IMG/VR virus record: IMGVR_UViG_3300005600_000073
Location: 1-25,910 of that record
DNA: 25,910 nucleotides
DNA from: a virus
Taxonomy: Duplodnaviria; Caudoviricetes
Direction: 5' to 3' (one strand)
The notes under the pieces are model-generated. The model was not told where the DNA came from and ran no database searches. It saw only the letters and a list, made by a program, of their open reading frames with translations. Position numbers and translations under genes: made by a program. This document shows, piece after piece, positions 17,300 through 25,532 of this stretch (position 1 is the first letter of the stretch; the number at the start of each line of letters is the position of its first letter).

Positions 17300-17500
17300 T
17301 TATTTTAAAAATTCTTTTAATATCGGACTTTCAAAATCATTAAAGACATAATCGAAGATAGCATTTTTTACTTTTTCTGTCAACTTTGATTTAGTATCAA
17401 CATCATTTTCTATTGTGTTAATCAAATCATCATATAAGGATTCTTGAATTTTTTCCAATTCTTGTATTTTGTCCTTACAATCTTGTATTGTTTTTTTCAT
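17300..17500 (-). CDS. Hypothetical phage protein
   Basis: Packed small helical ORF. Confidence 0.7.
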   Translation of the reverse strand: MKKTIQDCKDKIQELEKIQESLYDDLINTIENDVDTKSKLTEKVKNAIFDYVFNDFESPILKEFLK

Positions 17501-17503
17501 AAT

Positions 17504-17935
17504 TTATTGTATGTTTTTATTTTTGTAATATGCCTTTAGCAACTTGTATACTACCCTGCTATTTGGAGAACTCGTCAGAAAAAACTTATCTTTCAATACA
17601 TGATCATAACAAAGATTTAAAAATAAACAAACAGCGGCGCTTCTTGAAACTCCAGCAGTGCAATGAACAATAAAATCTTTATCCTTGTGTTTTTCGCAAA
17701 ATAAATACATTTCTCTCGCTTGCTCGTCAGTAATTCCATAAAACATAGTTCCCCGCCACTCAACTGCATCTTCGGAACAATCTCCGAATGTCGAACAAAA
17801 CATTCTTTCATCACTGTCTTGAATAGCCGGTTTATAATTCCAGTTCCTATCTCGAATTGATATAAGAACTTGATCCTTTTTTAATTCTGCTATTGTCATG
17901 GCGTCCATACGGGAAATATTTATTGCTTTTTTCAT
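17504..17935 (-). CDS. Protein tyrosine/dual-specificity phosphatase-like (CX5R) protein
   Basis: IVHCTAGVSRSAAV P-loop, LISI, FGD and PNSRV. Start at MKKAI preferred over 17956. Confidence 0.88.
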   Translation of the reverse strand: MKKAINISRMDAMTIAELKKDQVLISIRDRNWNYKPAIQDSDERMFCSTFGDCSEDAVEWRGTMFYGITDEQAREMYLFCEKHKDKDFIVHCTAGVSRSAAVCLFLNLCYDHVLKDKFFLTSSPNSRVVYKLLKAYYKNKNIQ

Positions 17936-17945
17936 ATTTTTGTTG

Positions 17946-18587
17946 TTAAACTTCAATATTCCATATCATGGATTCAAAAACTTTTTTGTTGAGCCGGATA
18001 TCTTCTAAAGCATTGTGTAACAACGACTTATCAAAGTCAATATCAAAGTCTTTGGCCATTTGCGCTAGATTTGTTTTTACCCCCCTCTCATGATAGGTTG
18101 ACAATGCAATTTGCCATGTCAAAAAATCATCATTTTGAATATCAAAAGGAATCCCACTTTTAATTGCTTGAGCTAAACATTTAGTATCTATGCACTTTGG
18201 CAGAAGTGGCTTCCAATCTTTATTGTATTTTAAATACCACTCTTTGGCGAGCGGAATATCAAAATTAAGAATATTATGACCAATTATATGATCTGCCCAA
18301 TTAAACCAATCGAGCATAACTTCAAAAACTTCATTTTCTGGCAAAGCCATCTTATCATAATCCTTTTGATCAAACCCTGTAATTCTAGCAGCGTCCTTAC
18401 TTACATTAATTGGTTTTTGCCATTTAACATAAAGATCTTTAAATTCCAACTCTTCTTTGTCTTGACATTTTAACATACCGAGTTGCCACGGACGATTTCC
18501 ACAGTCAAAATTCAAAGTCAAAGACTCAGTTTCAAAGTCAAAAAAGACTAATTTAAGCCCTTTTTTATATCGTAAAAGTTGCTTCAT
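17946..18587 (-). CDS. dnaQ: DEDDh 3'-5' exonuclease (Pol III epsilon-like)
   Basis: ExoI FFDFETE, ExoII GHNILNFD, ExoIII LHNALED. Confidence 0.88.
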   Translation of the reverse strand: MKQLLRYKKGLKLVFFDFETESLTLNFDCGNRPWQLGMLKCQDKEELEFKDLYVKWQKPINVSKDAARITGFDQKDYDKMALPENEVFEVMLDWFNWADHIIGHNILNFDIPLAKEWYLKYNKDWKPLLPKCIDTKCLAQAIKSGIPFDIQNDDFLTWQIALSTYHERGVKTNLAQMAKDFDIDFDKSLLHNALEDIRLNKKVFESMIWNIEV

Positions 18588-18757
18588 GATTTATTGGGTT
18601 TATCTATGTTTTTTAAACATTTTGGGCAAAGCGTTTCAAATTCTTCCGATTTAAAAATATTATCAGGCATTATCAACCTTCTTATTGCTTTGTTATTTTC
18701 AAAATCTTTTATTGCTATAAACTTACCACAATTATCGCAAGAATTCCAATTTTTCAT
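18584..18757 (-). CDS. 57-aa zinc-ribbon protein (not in ORF track)
   Basis: Manual translation MKNWNSCDNCGKFIAIKDFENNKAIRRLIMPDNIFKSEEFETLCPKCLKNIDKPNKS*. ATGA overlap with the exonuclease start. Confidence 0.8.
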   Translation of the reverse strand: MKNWNSCDNCGKFIAIKDFENNKAIRRLIMPDNIFKSEEFETLCPKCLKNIDKPNKS

Positions 18758-18760
18758 AAT

Positions 18761-18979
18761 TTATTCTTCTTCCTCTTTGTTAATTTCAAAATCAATAAGT
18801 TTACCATTTAAAGCATTCATTATTTCCTGAACTGTTCCTTCTTTGATAAAACTATAAACGCCAGACATTCCTATTTTTAATGTAAATGGCCCCCTTCCGT
18901 GATTTTCCACCCAAATTCCATCATATCCATTATTGCATTCAAAAACAGTCATGCCAATCATATTATTTAAACATTTCAA
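18761..18979 (-). CDS. Hypothetical phage protein
   Basis: Packed ORF; start uncertain because there are several in-frame ATGs. Confidence 0.65.
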   Translation of the reverse strand: MKCLNNMIGMTVFECNNGYDGIWVENHGRGPFTLKIGMSGVYSFIKEGTVQEIMNALNGKLIDFEINKEEEE

Positions 18980-19211
18980 TCAAACCATCTTTACGACCAT
19001 AACATGAATTGCCATCCAAATAAACAATTTTTAAATTTTCAACGTCTATAATGTGCGCCCAATCTGGCTTTTCATAACTTTCCATTTCTTCGATTCTTTT
19101 GTCCAAAAAATCTTTTGCCAGCTTTTCAGTCTCAAAAGCCCCTTTAAAATCCCACATACCACCGTGAGGATAATAGGCTAGTCCGTAAAATAATAGGTAT
19201 TTATTTTTCAT
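18963..19211 (-). CDS. Hypothetical phage protein (YYP.GG..DF motif)
   Basis: YLLF...YYPHGGMWDFKG...WAHIID. Confidence 0.75.
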   Translation of the reverse strand: MKNKYLLFYGLAYYPHGGMWDFKGAFETEKLAKDFLDKRIEEMESYEKPDWAHIIDVENLKIVYLDGNSCYGRKDGLIEMFK

Positions 19212-19229
19212 AATTGTTTTTAATTTGGT

Positions 19230-19979
19230 TTATTTTAAACATTCGGCGCAAAATTCATTACTTGTCATCCAATCAATATTTGGTTTATTCAATTTAACTT
19301 TCTCATAGATACATCTGTTTGTTAGGTATGTTTTAAAATCGCTTTTCTTCTTGTAATACATTGAATGCGCCTCATAATTAAGATAACCGTTGTCGCCGCA
19401 ATAGTCAAGTATTTTGTTCTTTAAAATATCATCATAAATGATATTATGATCTTCAACAAAGAAAATCGGCGCGCAAAAATCAAAATCTACAAAAACACTC
19501 TTCAATTTAAAAACATTTTGAAAAAGAAAGGAATCGTAAAAGGGGACAATAAAATCAAAATGGTTGTTATTCCATAGCTCTCGAAGAGATTGAAAATCAA
19601 TTCTCGGTTCATAATAAAAACCTTCAGTGCTCGCCTTGGAACTTATTTTAATTAAATTTTTATAACCGTCAATGTCTTTGAGGATTATATTGCACTTCCA
19701 ATTTGAATTACGACCTTCTTTGCTCTTGTCATTAATATCATCGCAAACCGTTAACCTCAAGCCGAAATTAAAGTCAATATTTGATTTTTCAAAAACCTTG
19801 CTTGATTCGAGGATGCTGCCAATGTGGTCTTCTATTAGTAGGCAATAGCCTACATTATATTCTTTGCAAATGTCAATTATTGAATCTGCTTCAGTTGGTT
19901 TGCTAATACCTTCTTCTTTGAGGGTGAGTATTGAGCGGCCAATTGAATAATGGCTTTTAAAAATTGGAATTTTGTTCAT
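19230..19979 (-). CDS. dnaE: Stand-alone PHP domain of DNA polymerase III alpha (probably catalytically degenerate)
   Basis: KSHYSIGRSIL, IEDH, and GYKNLIKISSKASTEGFYYEPRID, the DnaE-PHP GY.NL..L.S.A..EGFYY.PRID motif. The HxH and G.E ligands are not conserved. Confidence 0.85.
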   Translation of the reverse strand: MNKIPIFKSHYSIGRSILTLKEEGISKPTEADSIIDICKEYNVGYCLLIEDHIGSILESSKVFEKSNIDFNFGLRLTVCDDINDKSKEGRNSNWKCNIILKDIDGYKNLIKISSKASTEGFYYEPRIDFQSLRELWNNNHFDFIVPFYDSFLFQNVFKLKSVFVDFDFCAPIFFVEDHNIIYDDILKNKILDYCGDNGYLNYEAHSMYYKKKSDFKTYLTNRCIYEKVKLNKPNIDWMTSNEFCAECLK

Positions 19980-19982
19980 ATT

Positions 19983-20525
19983 TTATAATTTGTATTTTCC
20001 TTCTTTATATAAACTCAGCGGGTGCAATTTATTTAATTTAATATAATAGGAACTAACTTCCCATTTCCATTTTCCGTCTTTGCTGCCAGCTTTTGCATAC
20101 CTTGAGTGCTCTTTAAAATCATCCTTGCTTATTATTCCAGTTATCCAAACTACGCTCATGTCTCTACTTATTCGTGCAAAAACGTATCCATGACAATCTT
20201 GCATTTTAACCTGATAGGCGGGAACACTCGCATTCCAATATGGTTGGGGCTCTTTATCTGAATTAGGTTTACTTTTTACATCCAAGCAATCACCATTGCA
20301 AATAATGTCATAGTTTTTGGTGCTTTTTATTTCCGCCTCTTTCCCCAAACACTCACTTACTATAACCTCACAAATGATAGATTGCAAGAGAAAATTGCCA
20401 TTTCTGTAGCTTTTATTGTTGTATCCGTTTTCTCTGACATCTTTCGGCAGTTTGTTGTATATTTTTTTGGCGGCTTTTAAGTGACTGTCTGTCACGGTTA
20501 TTTTTAAGATGTTATTCATAATCAT
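19983..20525 (-). CDS. Putative PD-(D/E)XK endonuclease
   Basis: ICEVIV...NYDIICNGDCLDVKSK...YVFARI...VWITG gives an E...D...DxK arrangement. ATGA overlap with the MTase stop. Confidence 0.55.
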   Translation of the reverse strand: MIMNNILKITVTDSHLKAAKKIYNKLPKDVRENGYNNKSYRNGNFLLQSIICEVIVSECLGKEAEIKSTKNYDIICNGDCLDVKSKPNSDKEPQPYWNASVPAYQVKMQDCHGYVFARISRDMSVVWITGIISKDDFKEHSRYAKAGSKDGKWKWEVSSYYIKLNKLHPLSLYKEGKYKL

Positions 20526-21646
20526 TTAACTTTTTGCCATATAAAGATTGGCTCGCAATGAACTCCCTTTTTGTCAGATTTACTATTGGGCCTTTTACTA
20601 AGTTGATAGCCTAATATTTCTATAAATTGACCGCCCAAAACATCTTTGATATAATCACACATTGGATCACAAATCTTATTTACTTTATGGTGTAGATAAA
20701 CATCTGATATGTTTATAGCCATGTAACCTCCAACTCTCAAAGATTTCCACGCTTTTTCCAATGAGGTAAAAAGGAATTTATTTAACCAATCCTCTAACTT
20801 CTTATATCTTTGCCAGCTTTGTGTCGGTTCTTGACTGTAGCGTTCAGCTAAAAAATATGGCGGGGACGTAAAAACAAGGTCAAAATAATTATCATATGAC
20901 AAATCCATATCTTCAAAAGGCTCCGCTCCTATGCTTGTGATGTATTGTTTATTTTTATTCAATGAATTGGAACACATTATTGTTTGTTTATGATATCCTG
21001 AATGTAAGAGTCTATTTGGGTCTGTCCCTATATACATCTTGAGGTTTTTCTTTAAAGATAAAAATCCGGAGAACCTATCCCCCCATCCGCTTGAAAAATC
21101 TAAAATCTTCTCTGCATTAAAATATTCATAGATGGCTTTTGCTGCACTTGGGCGAAATTGAGAGGCGATATATTTCCTTAATGCGATACAACTTCTAAGT
21201 GTTTGGTTATTAATTTCTTTGGTTTTTTGTGTCCATAAACCATTGAGCAAAGTCAATCTAAACTTTTCAGTATGCCAAGTTCTATAAGGCGAGGGTGCGT
21301 TTATGCTGTCGCAAAGCCAACGAGATTCTTGATGAAAATAATCAGAAGATTGATTACCAATTTTACAAGTTTTGATATATTTATTAGAAAGGGGATATTT
21401 ATAAAAATATCTGGAAAACCATTCCCCTTCGCATATCAAAGATTGGCTATCTAATTCAACCAATTTATTAAAATCATTAATGGCATCTTGATAAGTTATT
21501 TTCCGCATTGGAAGGGGCAAATCTTTTATAATATCAGAAATTGCCTGTTTAACTACATCCTTTTCATAATTTTCCTTAATGTGACTCCAATTTTCTTTGT
21601 CGATAACCAATTCATCATTTTTTACAAAACCGCTTAAATCCAACAT
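20522..21646 (-). CDS. DNA amino-methyltransferase (m6A or m4C)
   Basis: SAM-binding ILDFSSGWGDR precedes catalytic FTSPPY; also SQFRP and GGYMAINISD. Confidence 0.85.
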   Translation of the reverse strand: MLDLSGFVKNDELVIDKENWSHIKENYEKDVVKQAISDIIKDLPLPMRKITYQDAINDFNKLVELDSQSLICEGEWFSRYFYKYPLSNKYIKTCKIGNQSSDYFHQESRWLCDSINAPSPYRTWHTEKFRLTLLNGLWTQKTKEINNQTLRSCIALRKYIASQFRPSAAKAIYEYFNAEKILDFSSGWGDRFSGFLSLKKNLKMYIGTDPNRLLHSGYHKQTIMCSNSLNKNKQYITSIGAEPFEDMDLSYDNYFDLVFTSPPYFLAERYSQEPTQSWQRYKKLEDWLNKFLFTSLEKAWKSLRVGGYMAINISDVYLHHKVNKICDPMCDYIKDVLGGQFIEILGYQLSKRPNSKSDKKGVHCEPIFIWQKVK

Positions 21647-21654
21647 AATTATTT

Positions 21655-22647
21655 TTATTTTTTATTAAAAGCTGGGCAGCCAGCGTAATGTTTTATTACG
21701 ATAATCTCGCCGTCTTTAGCGACCAAATCATCTTTTTTAAAAGCGGTTCTCTTAACCTCCCCATCCTTATTTATAACTGCATAATAATCATAGGGAAACT
21801 TTTGAGGACAATGCCACATTAATTCACCGTTTTTCTTTAGTTGGCCTTTTTCGGTAGCGCGGCCACATTTAATAAGTCCACAAAAACCTTTCTCCTTTTT
21901 TGGGAACCCTTTGTTGGCGGCCATACTGGAAAGAGCGTCTTTTTCTGTAAAATTATTGATTTTGTAATAGAGATAAGCTAAGTAAAATTCCAATCCTTTC
22001 AATTCTTCATCTGTATATTCTGTTTCTACTTTTGGATCTTCTGGGTGTCTTAAAAATAAAAATTCACCTAGAACTCGATCAAAGCCTTCTATCTTTTTAC
22101 CATAAAGAGAATATGCCATTGCTTGAATATTGGCATAAACTTCTTCTCCCTCAAATTTCTTTTTACTTGTTTTATAATCGAAAATTCCTAATTTGTTATT
22201 TGGGTATCGAGCCATCTTGTCAATAATCCCCTTCAATTTATACTTTGGATTTTCATTGTCGATGAGAAACTCAAACTCTGATTTAAAAAGTTCTCCACCC
22301 TCACAAAAGAAATCATTATCTAAGGCCACAAGAAGCATCTCTTCCATCATGGCAAAATTTTCTTCGAAATCCAACTCTTCTTTTACCGCAAGTCTCTTTA
22401 ATAACCTGTAAACAGGTTTGCTATTACTAATCGATTGATTTTCAACAATAACATCAAAATGCTTTCTATGCCGCTTATTAAGCAGACACTCTAATACAAT
22501 ATGGCAGCAAGAGCCCCTCTTTGCCCCGTCATTGCTGTCGTCAGGCAGTTTTAAGTGATATTTAACCCAATACTCCCAACTACATACTTCAAGCGTTTTA
22601 ATGCGTGATGGGGACAAAATTCTTTCTTTTTTATTTTTTTCTGTCAT
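21655..22647 (-). CDS. PD-(D/E)XK exonuclease, AddB/Cas4-like
   Basis: LSPSRI...C, RGSCCH..LE, KGIIDK, IFDYKTSK, QAMAY and a C-terminal Cys cluster. Start at MTEK preferred over 22668. Confidence 0.88.
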   Translation of the reverse strand: MTEKNKKERILSPSRIKTLEVCSWEYWVKYHLKLPDDSNDGAKRGSCCHIVLECLLNKRHRKHFDVIVENQSISNSKPVYRLLKRLAVKEELDFEENFAMMEEMLLVALDNDFFCEGGELFKSEFEFLIDNENPKYKLKGIIDKMARYPNNKLGIFDYKTSKKKFEGEEVYANIQAMAYSLYGKKIEGFDRVLGEFLFLRHPEDPKVETEYTDEELKGLEFYLAYLYYKINNFTEKDALSSMAANKGFPKKEKGFCGLIKCGRATEKGQLKKNGELMWHCPQKFPYDYYAVINKDGEVKRTAFKKDDLVAKDGEIIVIKHYAGCPAFNKK

Positions 22648-22648
22648 A

Positions 22649-22819
22649 TTATTGTTTTTCCATTTCAATGTATTCTATTTCTTGCCTGTCGGCAAGGGCG
22701 ATTAAATTTTTCTCCCCGCAGAAGACACAAGAAGTTTTATTTTCCAATTCCATCCCACAGCTCAAACAATAAAGAATATAACTATTTATTGCCAAAAAGT
22801 CAAGGAATTCTTGTGCCAT
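22649..22819 (-). CDS. Small zinc-ribbon protein (uncertain start)
   Basis: YCLSCG...SCVFCG. Overlaps the primase 3' end; its stop is 1 nt before the exonuclease ATG. Confidence 0.5.
   Translation of the reverse strand: MAQEFLDFLAINSYILYCLSCGMELENKTSCVFCGEKNLIALADRQEIEYIEMEKQ
22775..22803 (-). promoter_or_regulatory. sigma70-type promoter TTGACT-N17-TATATT upstream of the exonuclease/MTase block
   Basis: -35 at 22803-22798 and -10 at 22780-22775. Shares TTGACTTTTT with the promoter at 11841. Confidence 0.55.
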
Positions 22820-23694
22820 TTTTTGATTTCTGACTTCGTCATGTCGCCAAAATCGTTCTTCTCCGTTGGTAAGCATATGTTTACAGTTTTTTGATCAAAA
22901 TAATTATGAAGATTGTTCTTGGCTTTGGCCGCCCCTATCAATCCATTGCATCTATCATCATTATTAAAAGCGATTGTAATATTTTTTAGTTTTCTAGAAA
23001 GCAATATTTTGAGGACGCCACTTTGGACATTCAGTCCAAAACAAACTAAAACATTATAAATTTCACAGGAAAAAAGTGCCAGCATATCACCGATACTCTC
23101 AACGAGTATTATACTTTCAGCATCGATTAATCTTTTTTTAATAAAGTAATAAGGATAATCCCACTCTGAGACATTACCTAAATGCTTCCATTTTGGAATA
23201 TTGTATTTTTCCATTGTTTGGTTTTTATGTAATGACCTACCAGAGTAACCAACTATAAAACCGTAATAATTATAAATGGGGAAAACATACCTTTTTCGAA
23301 ACTTTCCATCGTATGGGAATACTCCGCTTTTCAGCTTTCTTAAATGCTCTTCTTTCGCCCCTCTCTTTTTCCAATAACTATAATCATTGTTTAGATATTT
23401 CCATATCATTTTATCAGATGGAGATAAGTGCTTTTCCTCAAGTCTTTCTACGCTTTCTTTTTTGAATTTTCCGAAATAGACATCTTGGCCATTTGTCAAT
23501 TTAACCAATTGCTCCAAATTTCCACTTTGTTCAGAGCCAAAGTCTTTCCAATATCCAGTTGTTTTGTGGATAGATAATGAGGTGATGTTCTTGGAATTTC
23601 TATAAAGGGGCTTTGTCCTATAATAATCCCCACAATTTACAAGATTAGTATAGCCAATTTCATTTAATATGTCTTTGATATTTAATTCTGACAT
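22786..23694 (-). CDS. dnaG: DnaG-type DNA primase (Toprim) with Cys-less zinc-binding-domain-like N-terminus
   Basis: RYVFPIYN..G.IVGYSGR, PKWKH, IILVESIGD, IAFNNDD and NDFGD. Adjacent to the helicase gene. Confidence 0.85.
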   Translation of the reverse strand: MSELNIKDILNEIGYTNLVNCGDYYRTKPLYRNSKNITSLSIHKTTGYWKDFGSEQSGNLEQLVKLTNGQDVYFGKFKKESVERLEEKHLSPSDKMIWKYLNNDYSYWKKRGAKEEHLRKLKSGVFPYDGKFRKRYVFPIYNYYGFIVGYSGRSLHKNQTMEKYNIPKWKHLGNVSEWDYPYYFIKKRLIDAESIILVESIGDMLALFSCEIYNVLVCFGLNVQSGVLKILLSRKLKNITIAFNNDDRCNGLIGAAKAKNNLHNYFDQKTVNICLPTEKNDFGDMTKSEIKKWHKNSLTFWQ

Positions 23695-23705
23695 ATTGTG
23701 TTTTT

Positions 23706-25199
23706 TTAGATGCCAACATCGCCGTCATCGTCATTGTCGTCACTACTATCTTGTGTTGGGGTTAATTGCCCATTTTCCAACCTTACTATATCTTCGACGG
23801 TTCCTCTTTCTTCGACTTTAAAGTTTTCTATATTAAAGTTTATATAATTTTTAACATATTTTTCATTTCCATTTTCATCACGCCTCCTGATTAAATCACT
23901 AAATCCCGTCGCATCTCTACCTTGATACCTTGAGTGAAACGTCACAAGTTTATGAGAGCCAAATCTTTGACCGTCTCTCGTTAATGACTCTGGGCTCTTT
24001 TTGACAAATCCTCCAATGTAAGATGCAAACCAACTTAATCTATCACTTAACGAAATCATGCCAGAGTCTATTTCGTCACCATTTTTATTGTGGGAGCTTT
24101 CTGCCATTCTGTTTAACTGCATAGAAGTGATGATTGGTATATCAAGTTCTTTCGCAAGGTCTTTTAGAGCATTTACTTTGTTACCTATCACCATATCCTC
24201 TCTCTGCCCATGTCCTATTTTTTCTCCAGTTAGTTTTATATAGTCATAGCTAATTAAACATTTATTTCCCTTTCCGACTCTGCTGTAATACCACCTTCTA
24301 ATAATGGAAAGAATCTGGTCGATGTCCTTATTTGCGACGTATATATGATCAACAAGGGACTTATTTTTCATTAAATTAAAGGCATTGTTCATTTTGTTAA
24401 CCATTTCTTGATTTCTGACCCAATTTCCGGTTCTAATATACCAAAGTGGGACACCACTAATATTCGCCGCCGTTCTAAATTGGATTTCATGAGTCTCCAT
24501 TTCACTGTCTAACATTAGAGCCGGAACTTTGCTATCTTCACTTATTTTATCACAAAGATAATTCAACAATGTTGTCTTTCCCTGTTTTGGCCTAGCGACA
24601 AAAGCGTAAATGTTTCCTCCAGAAAATCCTCCATAAAGTCTGTTAAATTCTGGAAATGGCGTTCTTAAACCGTCCTCTTCTTGTGGTGATTGAGCAATTT
24701 CATTAATCGCATCAATCATTGTGGAGTATAAATTCTTAGGATCGGAATCACTAAAATAATTGTCGAAAGTCTTAGAATAAATCTTATCAGTATCAGAAAT
24801 TATTTCAACAATACTTTTTGTTTTTGATTCTTCTTTGGCGTATTTTTCCAAACTTTTTGAAGTGTCTAAGACATCTCGCCTCGCTTGATACCTTTGCAAT
24901 TCGATAACCATTTCAATAGTCCCTTTTTCAGAGAGAGTATTTATTGTAAATGATTCAATATATGTTTCGATATTGATATTGTCCTTTTTTGAATACCCCA
25001 AGTTACTAAGTTCTTTAAGTAAGATCGGGGCGTCAATCGGCGCGCCTTTTAGAAATCTTGACTTAATTGTTTTATAAATTGTTCTATTAATATCTACTGA
25101 GAAGAATGATTCTTTGAAAAAAGAGTCAATATCTGCAATCAAATGAGGGTATTTATATAGCCCAGCCAAAACTTGGCGTTCAGTTTCTTTTTTGTCCAT
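23706..25199 (-). CDS. dnaB: Replicative DNA helicase (SF4, DnaB-like)
   Basis: Walker A ARPKQGKT, LDSEM, YDYIK and SMQLNR, plus an N-terminal DnaB-like domain (ERQVLAGL). Confidence 0.93.
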   Translation of the reverse strand: MDKKETERQVLAGLYKYPHLIADIDSFFKESFFSVDINRTIYKTIKSRFLKGAPIDAPILLKELSNLGYSKKDNINIETYIESFTINTLSEKGTIEMVIELQRYQARRDVLDTSKSLEKYAKEESKTKSIVEIISDTDKIYSKTFDNYFSDSDPKNLYSTMIDAINEIAQSPQEEDGLRTPFPEFNRLYGGFSGGNIYAFVARPKQGKTTLLNYLCDKISEDSKVPALMLDSEMETHEIQFRTAANISGVPLWYIRTGNWVRNQEMVNKMNNAFNLMKNKSLVDHIYVANKDIDQILSIIRRWYYSRVGKGNKCLISYDYIKLTGEKIGHGQREDMVIGNKVNALKDLAKELDIPIITSMQLNRMAESSHNKNGDEIDSGMISLSDRLSWFASYIGGFVKKSPESLTRDGQRFGSHKLVTFHSRYQGRDATGFSDLIRRRDENGNEKYVKNYINFNIENFKVEERGTVEDIVRLENGQLTPTQDSSDDNDDDGDVGI

Positions 25200-25218
25200 A
25201 TCGCTGTTTTATTATTGT

Positions 25219-25509
25219 TTAGAGGGAGAAATCTTCGGAATCATCCTCGTCGTCTCCGAGGTCGTCCATTTCAGGTTCGTAGAAGTAATTGGCTTTAATC
25301 ATATCTTTTGAAACCTCATCTTGGGCTTCAATAAACAATCGTATATAAGACATTAAAGCAAGGGCTTTGTGTTGGTTGTCTGCATAGATTTCGTGCTCAA
25401 TGACATCATCCTCATTATATCTAAATAACATAAACCCACCATTTGAACATTCATCCAATTGATTTAGGATTTGTTGTGGCAATTCAAATTTTTGCTTTTT
25501 TTCATCCAT
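25219..25509 (-). CDS. Small acidic hypothetical protein upstream of the helicase
   Basis: Packed ORF with acidic tail DDLGDDEDDSEDFSL. Confidence 0.75.
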   Translation of the reverse strand: MDEKKQKFELPQQILNQLDECSNGGFMLFRYNEDDVIEHEIYADNQHKALALMSYIRLFIEAQDEVSKDMIKANYFYEPEMDDLGDDEDDSEDFSL

Positions 25510-25532
25510 ATTGTTTTTTACACTGTCTCTTT

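Noticed and set aside
18511-18542. 12-bp direct repeat TTCAAAGTCAAA twice, 20 bp apart
   Set aside because: Only two copies, inside the exonuclease ExoI coding region. Not an array and plausibly chance.
17493-18765. 16-bp match TTTTTCATAATTTATT at 17493-17508 and 18750-18765
   Set aside because: Low-complexity match to the common leader + ATGAAA consensus, and it would bracket the core exonuclease gene.
12449-19979. Intein or self-splicing intron explanation for the dnaE split
   Set aside because: No C/S...HN intein ends at the junctions and no non-coding space for an intron core; the interval is fully packed with ORFs.
21655-22647. Cas4-like nuclease as evidence of a CRISPR-Cas system
   Set aside because: No repeat-spacer array or other cas genes seen. 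Stand-alone PD-(D/E)XK exonucleases are normal in phage replication modules.
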